DNA of 64,000 nucleotides from Anthoceros angustus (lineage: Eukaryota; Plantae; Anthocerotophyta). A model generated the notes under the pieces. It was not told the DNA's origin. It saw nothing but the letters and a program-made list of their open reading frames with translations, and searched no databases. A program made the position numbers and the translations under genes. The stretch covers positions 3,435,478-3,499,477 of the forward strand of contig MU008158.1 in the NCBI GenBank assembly GCA_010909165.1, written 5' to 3'. The first letter of the stretch is position 1. Every line of letters begins with the position of its first letter. Positions 37,020 through 47,700 of the stretch are shown piece after piece.

Positions 37020-37918
37020 TCTATGGTGATATGAGGGTGCCGGAACTATGCCTCATTTAACTACCTTTACTTGGAGTTGTGCCGCCGGCATAACTGCAGC
37101 TGAACCGGCCACCCATCTTTGAGTCCACATGTGTGTATTCCATAGCTATCATGAGCGGATACTGCATAGCCAATTCTGCAACAAAATGGCACAACTTACA
37201 AAATGTTATTAGACGACGTGCTCCTCGGATGCCTACAAAGAAATTGGATTGCAGCAAGCCTTTGATCGCTGGTTGGGGCGGCGAATTGGCACAGGCGATA
37301 GGCCTACCTAGCCCTGGACACATGAAACTGACGTCTGTTTAGTGTGTTCGTTGTGTGAAACCCTCTGAAGTGGATGCCGTGAACAAACGGTTCTGGCTAG
37401 ATCGCCAGTCGCGAAGATGCACCTCTTTGAGCTCGCCTTGCAACGTTTCCGTGGATGGCCTTCTTCCACAGGTGGTGGCTGTGAATTGTGCAAGTGTTGG
37501 ATCCATTCAGGCAGTGTCCCGTGCCTTACGAATGCACTTGATGTCTCTGCCTGTTTTCCTTGCAGGTATGGAGGGTAGACCACAAGATCGCAAACGTCTG
37601 CAAGGGAGAAGGATAGCAGCCGCGGTTGCGCTGCATTGCTTTCGCTTTATTGCCTGCATTGTACAGCCAGACTCTTCTTGTGCCCTTAGCGTACTAAGCC
37701 TTTCCACCATGAACCGGGCTGGAAGGCAGCAACTGCAAGCTGCGCTACGCCGTGCTTCTCATTCCCAGGCCTCGCAGCAAGTCCCCTGCCGGAGCTATGG
37801 TGAGGCGTCGGTCCTGATGGATGTGCCGGAACTCTCCTGGCCTTGTTGGTTCTCTAACATACAGGGTCTACATGAGTTTATCATCTTTAATCTTGTGTGA
37901 TTGTACTCTCTCTTCTAG

Positions 37919-38838
37919 GGGCTCTGGACCTTGTCGCCGTACCTGGAGGCTGTAGCCATCGTTCCTCAGCTGGTTTTGGTGCAAAGAAAGAAGAATGTGG
38001 ATAATCTTACGAGGAACTATGTAGTACTCCTTGGGTAAGTCCAAGCTTTGCTCAATCAGTCTTGTCCCAAGTCTGCCAAGGGAGCTGTAAGAGGCAGGGG
38101 GTTTTTGGGATGCTCCTGGAAGTCTTAATCTCTGTGGGTAAGGCAATTCGTCAGTTTGTGTGTATGTAGCGGATATCGGCTACTGTTGATCATAAACTGG
38201 AATCAGAGGGCAGTCACAGAGACGCATTACGTGCAGTGGATAAGTGAGTGTTCGTGCAATTCATTTTTCTGTTTTGTTTGAGCTCACGAGAGAGCCAGCC
38301 TGGGCTTTTGCTTGGTTCTTCTTTTGATTTAGGTATCTCAAGGGGTGCAGCCTGGATATCTGGCATTGTGCAGACGCTTCTTCACACCGTTTTTGTTTTC
38401 TACTATTACTTCAAGAGGTCAGCCAATTCTCCTGCTTCACCATCATCTTGCCGGATTCCGCACAAGTGTAAACCACGTGTAGTTTATTTTCGTTTTGGAA
38501 CTCTGGGAATAAGGTCTTTGGAATGATTTTTGTGGGCAGACTTGTTGTCTGTGGCCGGAAGACCCTTCTACGCTAGTTTTACAAGCGTGCACTATGTTGG
38601 ATGGTGTGGTTGCATCATCTCTAACCAAGCCTTAGTCAAGAGTTTCCAGAGTTGCTTGTTTCCTCTTGTTTCTGGTATCGGGGGTCCGAGATCTGTCTCA
38701 GCTGGTTTCAGGACAGACAGAGGCTGTTATATGCGTACTGATTTCAAATAAATGATGTTATGACGATTGGATTGGGGCTTTTTTGGCAGTTGGAGAAACA
38801 ATGAGCGGCCACATCTGCCGGCATACATATTGTCCTGA
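37919..38838 (+). pseudogene. ERD2: Divergent or truncated ERD2 (KDEL/HDEL receptor)-like gene, last four exons
   Basis: Exons 37919-38034, 38170-38243, 38351-38417 and 38790-38838, all with GT-AG sites, give LWTLSPYLEAVAIVPQLVLVQRKKNVDNLTRNYVVLLGGYRLLLIINW...WISGIVQTLLHTVFVFYYYFKSWRNNERPHLPAYILS*. The 5' half is not recognisable. Confidence 0.8.
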
Positions 38839-40033
38839 CTGGATGTTTTAGTAAAGCTTCCGTGACCGTTACGGTGCTTGCCAGGACGGTAGGGTCACAT
38901 ACATATTGGACACGCTGTCAGTGACCACGGCCACAAGGTGGAAGCATTGGGCAGGCAGTAGCAGTTTCTGCCGGGCATAGGCATCCTGCCAAACCTCCTG
39001 GTGTCAATGGAGCCCGTCCTTGCTCTGCTTACTAGAACGCAGTACATACACATGCTCGCAGGGAGGACCTCAAGGGGGAACTCAGAATGAGTGTACATAC
39101 ACCCGGAAGGCAAGTTGATGGACATGAGCCTTTGTACCAAGAGTAATGACAAGATTCCGTACAAGTATGGAAAGAGTTGATCGGGATTTGGGTGGGCTGT
39201 TTAATGACAGGAGTTGGTGTGGGGAAGGTTGACTGTTGTGAGAAATGGCAACGCGGCGAGGGCTGAGAGGCTGAAGCAATGGTCGGTGGGGACCGCCGGA
39301 ATTGGGGGCAGACGGACAGAGTGTGAGAAAGTGTGTCGGTCGCGGCTAGCGGGTTCCAGCCGTCCAGCTTCCAGTTTGCAGTTTGCGGAGCCCAGCAGAG
39401 TGGATGCAGGCGGCTTCTGCAAGCTGGAGCCGGAAGGAGAGAATCTGAAGTGAAAATATCTTGGACCTTGGCGAGCAGTGGAATGAAATATCTGGGGAAG
39501 CGGGAAGCGGGAAGCGGGGCTCGGGTAGGGGACCGGCGTGCGAAGTGCGGAATCGGATTGCATGCGATGTGCATGGCGCGGGGTCGGGGGGCTGATAACA
39601 TCCATCCGACACACAGGTCAGGGGGCCACGCGTCGCCTGCATTCGGGCGCCACCTGCAGGGCGCGCCAAGTGGGAAGTGTCCCGACGCGGCAGGTGGTGG
39701 GTCTGCTCATCGTCCCCCACAGGTAGGTGGTACACTTATTATTACAGCGAGGCGGTTGCAGGACGGAACCGCGGATTGCTCCAAATTGCTAACACGCACA
39801 CAGCCAGCACATACGCATATGCATACATACATACATTCACACGCAATGGAAATGGCAATGGCTGTTCCAGCGCGGTGCACCGCCGTTGCCTGCTCATCGG
39901 CTGCTGGGCTCTGGGCTGTTTTGCACGCTAGTACTACCAAATGAAAATGAAGTTAGCGGGACACGAATACGCTGGGATGGGATGCGATCCTGTGTTGTGG
40001 CGGATCCGCCACAGGTGTCGCCGAAACAGCAGC

Positions 40034-43000
40034 AACAACTCCAGCGAAGCCAGGGAGCCAAGTTGCCAGCTAACTGTGACGGACGTCGGCTGCCCTCCTC
40101 GACCGTGGACGGCGGTGGCAAGCCGCCTGCCACGTGGGCCGTCCGTGGTGCCGCTGTCGGGGATTACATAAGCCTCGCTTCTCGCGCTCGCCTCTGCTCG
40201 CCGCGCTCGCTTGCCGGACCTATTCCTTTAGACCTGCACCCTGCTTCGGCCTCCGGGTCGAGAGGTGCGGCGCACCTGCTCTCATGCTTCGGAACGACGG
40301 CTGCTTCCTGGCCTGGTTCTTTCGGATTTCAGGCAAGTGCGTGCGCAATCATATACAATGATATGTTGTTTTTTTTTGTTTTATTAACATGTAACAACTT
40401 ATGAGTTTTTCCATTTTATTTTTTATAATTTTATTTTATTTTATTTTTTCAATTGAGTTTTTATTTTATTTTAGAATAATGAGAAATTATATGTAATTTT
40501 AAAATTTCTAAAATAATTATGAATTTTTAAAATTGGAACGTTAGAGCTTGCCTGAATCCGATAGACCCAGACTCGGGAGAAGCTGTTCGTTACGAAGCAG
40601 AAGAGGTGGTCACGTGCGTGCGCACCCCAAGTGCTTGGAGGACGAAGTGGCTTGCGGCTCTACTTCCATGGCGGTATGTCTTTGTCGTGTGTCCTGGGTG
40701 GGGACCGGGGAGTGTGTTCACTCTTAGGGCACGCGGCAGACCGAGCCGAGGCAGGCGGCTCGGTTCGTGGGTTCGTGGGTTCGTGGTCCCACCCCATGAT
40801 CTCAGGTGGTGGTGATTGAGCAGAGTCTCTCCTGCCCTCTCCTGAGCCTGGGCCTGGGTACCAGGCCTGGGCGCCAGGCCTGGGCTCAGGCGGGGAGGCG
40901 GTGGCTGCTTGCGCCGGCTGGGCGTTGGCTATAAGGCCACAGCCGGAAGCACCAGCTGCCTACCCGTTGCGCTTGCTGCGGAGCGCTGCAGCAACGAGCT
41001 CGCTGCACCTGTCCCCGCCCGCCTCTCTCGCTCCCTGCCCCCGCCTTCTTCCCCTTCGTTTCCCTCCAATTTCTCCTCCGCTTCTGCTGCACGGGACGGC
41101 ACGAGTCGCCTCGCCTTCGCTCCCCTCAGCCTTGCTGCTCCTGCTCCTACCCCCGCTGCTGGTGCTGGTGCTGGTGCTGGTGCTGCCCTTGTTACTTGCA
41201 CTTGCAAGTGCAAAGTGCTCTGGCCTGTTTTCTTCTCCGCACTGTGAACCTACAGGCCTTCTCCTCGTGCCCTCCTAATTTCCCACCTGGACCCAGCTCT
41301 GTCTCCTGCAATCCCCATGTTAGCTCGGCTATGTAGCTCACCACCCGCTCTTGCTTGTGTGCGGAATTGGGTTGCTCGCAATTGTGGCAGCTCAGCGTCG
41401 CGACATGTAGATCCTTTCCTTACGCCTTCCTCTCAGCCTCAACTCTAGGTTGGCGCACCCCGCCGGCTCTGTTTTGCTAACACTGCTAACTTCTGACGTT
41501 GAAATTCTTTCCTCTTCTCTTTTGCCAGCAGAGGCTACTTACCGCCGTAGCTTATTTCTTGCTCTCTCGTAATTTACCGCCCACCTCGATTCTTTGCCTG
41601 CAATTAGACTACCTAGCGCTAGCTTATTTGTTGCTTCTACCTGGCAGGACAGTAGCGGTGTCACCCCAGTGCCCCCTGCACAATGGCCTTGCGTTCCACG
41701 GATCCCTTAGTGGTCGGGAGGGTCATAGGAGATGTGATTGACCTTTTGTGCCCTCTGTGAGTATGTCCGTGCACTACAGCATGAGGCAGGTGAACAACTC
41801 CAGCGAAGCCAGGGAGCCAAGTTGCCAGCTAACTGTGACGGACGTCGGCTGCCCTCCTCGACCGTGGACGGCGGTGGCAAGCCGCCTGCCACGTGGGCCG
41901 TCCGTGGTGCCGCTGTCGGGGATTACATAAGCCTCGCTTCTCGCGCTCGCCTCTGCTCGCCGCGCTCGCTTGCCGGACCTATTCCTTTAGACCTGCACCC
42001 TGCTTCGGCCTCCGGGTCGCTTGAGGTGCGGCGCACCTGCTCTCATGCTTCGGAACGACGGCTGCTTCCTGGCCTGGTTCTTTCGGATTTCAGGCAAGTG
42101 CGTGCGCAATCATATACAATGATATGTTGTTTTTTTTTGTTTTATTAACATGTAACAACTTATGAGTTTTTCCATTTTATTTTTTATAATTTTATTTTAT
42201 TTTATTTTTTCAATTGAGTTTTTATTTTATTTTAGAATAATGAGAAATTATATGTAATTTTAAAATTTCTAAAATAATTATGAATTTTAAAATTGGAACG
42301 TTAGAGCTTGCCTGAATCCGATAGACCCAGACTCGGGAGAAGCTGTTCGTTACGAAGCAGAAGAGGTGGTCACGTGCGTGCGCACCCCAAGTGCTTGGAG
42401 GACGAAGTGGCTTGCGGCTCTACTTCCATGGCGGTATGTCTTTGTCGTGTGTCCTGGGTGGGGACCGGGGAGTGTGTTCACTCTTAGGGCACGCGGCAGA
42501 CCGAGCCGAGGCGGGCGGCTCGGTTCGTGGGTTCGTGGGTTCGTGGTCCCACCCCCATGATCTCAGGTGGTGGTGATTGAGCAGAGTCTCTCTCCTGCCC
42601 TCTCCCCTGAGCCTGGGCCTGGGTACCAGGCCTGGGCGCCAGGCCTGGGCTCAGGCGGGGGAGGCGGTGGCTGCTTGCGCCGGCTGGGCGTTGGCTATAA
42701 GGCCACAGCCGGAAGCACCAGCTGCCTACCCGTTGCGCTTGCTGCGGAGCGCTGCAGCAACGAGCTCGCTGCACCTGTCCCCGCCCGCCTCTCTCGCTCC
42801 CTGCCCCGCCTTCTTCCCTTCGTTTCCCTCAATTCTCCTCCGCTTCTGCTGCACGGGACGGCACGAGTCGCCTCGCCTTCGCTCCCCTCAGCCTTGCTGC
42901 TCCTGCTCCTACCCCCGCTGCTGGTGCTGGTGCTGGTGCTGGTGCTGCCCTTGTTACTTGCACTTGCAAGTGCAAAGTGCTCTGGCCTGTTTTCTTCTCC

Positions 43001-43562
43001 GCACTGTGAACCTACAGGCCTTCTCCTCGTGCCCTCCTAATTTCCCACCTGGACCCAGCTCTGTCTCCTGCAATCCCCATGTTAGCTCGGCTATGTAGCT
43101 CACCACCCGCTCTTGCTTGTGTGCGGGAATTGGGTTGCTCGCAATTGTGGCAGCTCAGCGTCGCGACATGTAGATCCTTTCCTTACGCCTTCCTCTCAGC
43201 CTCAACTCTAGGTTGGCGCACCCCCGCCGGCTCTGTTTGCTAACACTGCTAACTTCTGACGTTGAAATTCTTTCCTCTTCTCTTTTGCCAGCAGAGGCTA
43301 CTTACCGCCGTAGCTTATTTCTTGCTCTCTCGTAATTTACCGCCCACCTCGATTCTTTGCCCGCAATTAGACTACCTAGCGCTAGCTTATTTGTTGCTTC
43401 TACCTGGCAGGACAGTAGCGGTGTCACCCCAGTGCCCCCCTGCACAATGGCCTTGCGTTCCACGGATCCCTTAGTGGTCGGGAGGGTCATAGGAGATGTG
43501 ATTGACCTTTTTGTGCCCTCTGTGAGTATGTCCGTGCACTACAGCATGAGGCAGGTGAACAA
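40034..43562. repeat. ~1.76 kb head-to-tail tandem duplication (40034-41792 / 41793-43557) of the MFT promoter, 5' region and start of exon 1
   Basis: Near-identical copies. The junction at 41793 uses AACAA microhomology (CAGC-AACAA-CTCC versus GGTG-AACAA-TGGC). Confidence 0.95.
41887..41897. promoter_or_regulatory. G-box/ABRE-like (GCCACGTGG) upstream of MFT; duplicate at ~40128, further CACGTG at ~42371 and ~40611
   Basis: Motif match, with a TATA-like CTATAAGG at ~42695. ABA regulation of MFT genes is established in seed plants; function here is inferred. Confidence 0.4.
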
Positions 43563-44372
43563 TGGCTGTGAAATCAAGCCCTCAGCTACCACATATCCTC
43601 CCAACGTTCAGGTTGCCGGCCGCAGCAGCTCCGACTCTTACTTCACACTGGTTACTCCCTTACCTCACCCTTTTCGATCACTTGTTCTGCACTGTTTCCC
43701 TCAATTCTCCGCTCACTTCAAATTAGCTTATTTAGGAACTTTCTTATATACTTAGCGGAACTGACTAGCGATCGTCCTGGCAGATCATGACAGATCCCGA
43801 TGCGCCAAGCCCTAGTGAACCGTCAATGAGAGAATGGGTCCATTGGTAACCATTTCTTTCCCCTTTAACCATCCTCCATTTTCTCGGTCAATTGGTTTGA
43901 CTTGCAGCCGATGTGGGCTAGAAAGAAACTTTGTGTTCACGACTCGCTGGATTTTCATGCTGTGTCGCCAACTTGTGCAGGATCGTGACCAACATTCCTG
44001 GTTCTACGGACGCAACTCAGGGTATTACACTCCTTGTCTTTGTTTTAAAGCTCTCTTCCAGATCTTGTAAAAGCTAACTTCTGTACAAGTGCAATTCGAG
44101 ACCTCGACGTACCTGTGTCCCGTCTCACTATCCGAGCTTTTCCTTTCGTTGCAGGCACTGAAGTTGTACCTTACATGGGACCGAAGCCTCCCATAGGCAT
44201 CCATAGGTACATATTTATACTGTTCGAGCAGCGGGGACCGATGAGCGTGAATTGTCCATCCGTTCGCAACAACTTCAACACTCGGCGTTTTGCGGATGAA
44301 CATGGTCTGGGTCGGCCTGTAGCTGCCGTCTACTTCAATGCCCAGAAAGAAGCTGGGAGTAGACGGCGCTGA
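43447..44372 (+). CDS. MFT: PEBP family, MOTHER OF FT AND TFL1-like; exons 43447-43650, 43784-43845, 43981-44021, 44155-44372
   Basis: DPLVVGRVIGDVID, NGCEIKPS, MTDPDAPSPSEPSMREWVHW, GIHRY, PVAAVYFNAQKE. Canonical 62-nt and 41-nt internal exons. Trp at the FT-Tyr/TFL1-His position is MFT-type. Confidence 0.95.
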
Positions 44373-44773
44373 TGAGTACTTGGTACTTTGTACTTGAGCG
44401 GAATGCCAGCAGGGTTTTGTGGTACCTTTACTGTTTACTTTCCAAATAAACTATATGGCAAGTAACTGCCGATGAGAAGTCAGCTGCTGCCTGATAACAA
44501 TAAGTGGATAACACCTTCCGTTGCATCTTTAAGTTGCCTGGATGGTTAAACGTTTTTCACATCTGGCATGTTACCGCCCCTGGATGCAATTGCTGATTCT
44601 AATCTAATGAGCGCGCTTGGGATGACACCTCTAGTCGTGCACGACAAGTCGGACCATACATACCATAGTATGCAGGTAAGCGATCATTTTTATCAAAAAC
44701 ACTTTCGCATTTTGTCTATCATGTAACTACGCAAAGTTGTCACTAGATGACGTTAGACGGTAGGATACGTATC

Positions 44774-47700
44774 CTAAGCCACATCATCCATCTCGTAGGG
44801 ATCTAAACCACCACCACCGAACAGGCTTTCCAGCTCGGAATCTGAACCACCCCCCTGTCCACAGAAATAACTCGTTACCAGCAAAACCATTCTTGGGAAA
44901 GCTGAGCACTGAATGTAACGAGAAATAGCCCAGTACCACTTTGGTCCTGTTGAAGCGGGCTCGCTTATTGCGGATGGATGCTTCCATTTGAACCGGTATT
45001 GTCAAAGATGCTACATCCTAAGGTGAAGACGATGTGTTAACATACAAGGCACCCAAACACGACCGCCTCGTATGAAAAACGATCCAGATGTGGCATAGTC
45101 TGTTTCTTACTGTGCTCCTGTTTCTCTTCCGTTTGTCAAACCTCTGTTTTGACTGCGGTGCCGGAAAGGCGTGTTCATGGTGAACTACCTGAGAGAAGTT
45201 GGAATAATAAAAGAGCCATCAGAATTGCATCACTGCGAAAACGTAGCTCACTTTAGGCTGACCATCCAATGATAGTTCTGGAAACAAGCCCTCCCGAACG
45301 ACCTTCCCTGGACTTTCTAAGTATTTCTCCCAGCTCTAGAGCAATAATAAGAATCAAGACCCTTCATGTTTCCATTTGGGCGTCACTAGTACCTGGTCAA
45401 ACTTCGACGGTCCCTGGCTCATTGCTTTTGGTCTTCCCTTTTGCAACTGTTTTCAGGTCAGATAATTCCATCATGTGCCCACGAGTTTACAAACTCTGAC
45501 CATGCTCTGAATGAGGTACCAAACCTGTTCTTCCATTGCTCTTGTGTCTCGGGTGCTTAACTCTGCCAGCTTGAGTTGAGACTGCATCTGAAATCAGGCC
45601 GACGGAGATCTTAGTTGTTTCCAGTTTCCGAGCACCCACAGCTTATGCTGTTAGCACAAACAACCTCCTTCGTCTGCAATCTACTGTTCTCCATCCTCTG
45701 CAGTTCGTGCTTCCTTTCCCAATCCAAGCAAGTATTTCTGAGCTGGATGAACAGGCCGCAAACCACCTTGTCAAAGCACATTCCAAGCACATAAAGAAGG
45801 ATCTTAAGGTTTTCCAGGCAGCCCACGTCTACCTTGTCGAGCTCTTTATCAAATGTTTCTTGCATGTCTGCAACATTCTTCTGACGCGCAGCCCCGAAAG
45901 CTTCTCTGTCAGCTTCATACCTTAGCTTTTCTTGATCGAACTGACAACAGCACATACCCGATATAATTGTCAGTGCACATCAGTATACAAGGTTTCCCGT
46001 CTTATCCCACCAGCGCCTCAAAAGAAACAGTTTCTCCAATGTCATTGGAATGCACTAGATGCCCAGCTCTTGGACCAGCAACTCAGGCCTCTGCAATATT
46101 TCCTGATTACCTGTTGCTTCAGGATTTGAAGGTCTGCCTCAACCATAGCCTTTGCTCTTTCCATGCTCGTGAACTTCGATTCCCACATCAAGTTTTGCAT
46201 CTTGCTCTGACAAACAATATGGTACACCATCTTCCACCTTACAACTTCATCAACATCTGCATAAGCATTGGCTGAAAGCAAGCAACCCTGAAGCTGCCAG
46301 TTGTTTCACACATGTGACTTGCCTCTTCCAAACTTGCTTGAAAGGATTGCTGCAAGCTTAAGATTTCAGTTTGATGATCGCGCTGTAACAGCAGGCATCC
46401 CGCGACCTCATCCTCAAGAGTTCTCTCATACTGCAGGCATCAAACAGCAGCTCATTCTTGGCATGACTGAGCCGCACAACAAGCAGAGCCATGGCTGGTA
46501 TGTCCGAGAACTGTGGCCAATGTCTAGGAATTGCTGCTGCCCACTCTGTGCATGCCTAAGATAGATTCCATTCGGCCAGTCGAGCTTCAATGGCACAATG
46601 CGTTCACCTGTGTCAGCTCAGCCCTCAATTCTTCCTCCCTTTTCTTCATATCACTCTCAAACTTCTGGCATAAAAAAGAAATTCGTCCCTCCAATTCTTT
46701 GACCTTTTGTTGCTCCTAGAATAATACCCCAACATCAGAACGCAGCTCACTTTCACTTGTGACTCCGGTAGCATCTTCATACATCAGATTGTTGTAGGCA
46801 ATACCTTTGACACCAGCAATTTATGTTCAGTTTGCAACCTATGCAACTCTTCCATACTGTCCTTCTGCAGTTGTTGATACTGGCCATCCAGATCCTTGGT
46901 GCTTTTTTGTCTTTCCTATAATTTGGTAAGAAGGCATATAAGCACGGAAGAAGAGATGCCCAGAACAGAAAATGATGACAAAACATTAACACACCCAAGA
47001 AACAAGAAACAATCGAACCTTTGAAACCTCTGTAAGGACCTGTTCCTTCTGCTTTACAAGCTCTGCATGGTGTTTTGCGGACAATTTCTTCTTCTCCAGC
47101 TCATGAGCAAGCAACAATTCCTTCACCTGTAAGAAATACCGCCCATGAAGCAACCATGCACACCTTACAAGCTTGGACAGTCACACAAAGCAATCAGTTG
47201 AAGCAGGATGCGACAACCTTAACACTCTCCTTCAGGATAGCTTCCTTTGCCTCAGCTTCAATCTTCATCCTTAAGTCACTCATCTCCTGCAAGAAGGTTA
47301 GAAATCGCCAATGTCTTCTACTTCCCAGATAAGTTGTGCCATATGTTTAAGACAAAAACAGTGAGCACCCACAAAAGGTAGCCACGGTAGACAATGAAAG
47401 TGGATACGCATACAAGTACCAACCTGATTGTTCCGATTGGCTATTTCCTTGAGGTGCTTATTCAGGTCTGCTTGCTTCGCTTCTAGCTGTAGCTCAGATT
47501 GCCGTTTGATCTCCAAAGTGTGGCTGTCAGCCTGTGCCACTCTTGCATATTCCTACAAAGTTGAAAACCCAAGTCATACCACCTCACTAAAGGATGAGCC
47601 ATACTATCACTTGGGCTGCTATGTGCTGTTTGACAGTTCTCACCTCTTTCAATCTTTCCTCCATACATGCAAGGTTTTCTGAGTTTTCTTCCAGCAAACG

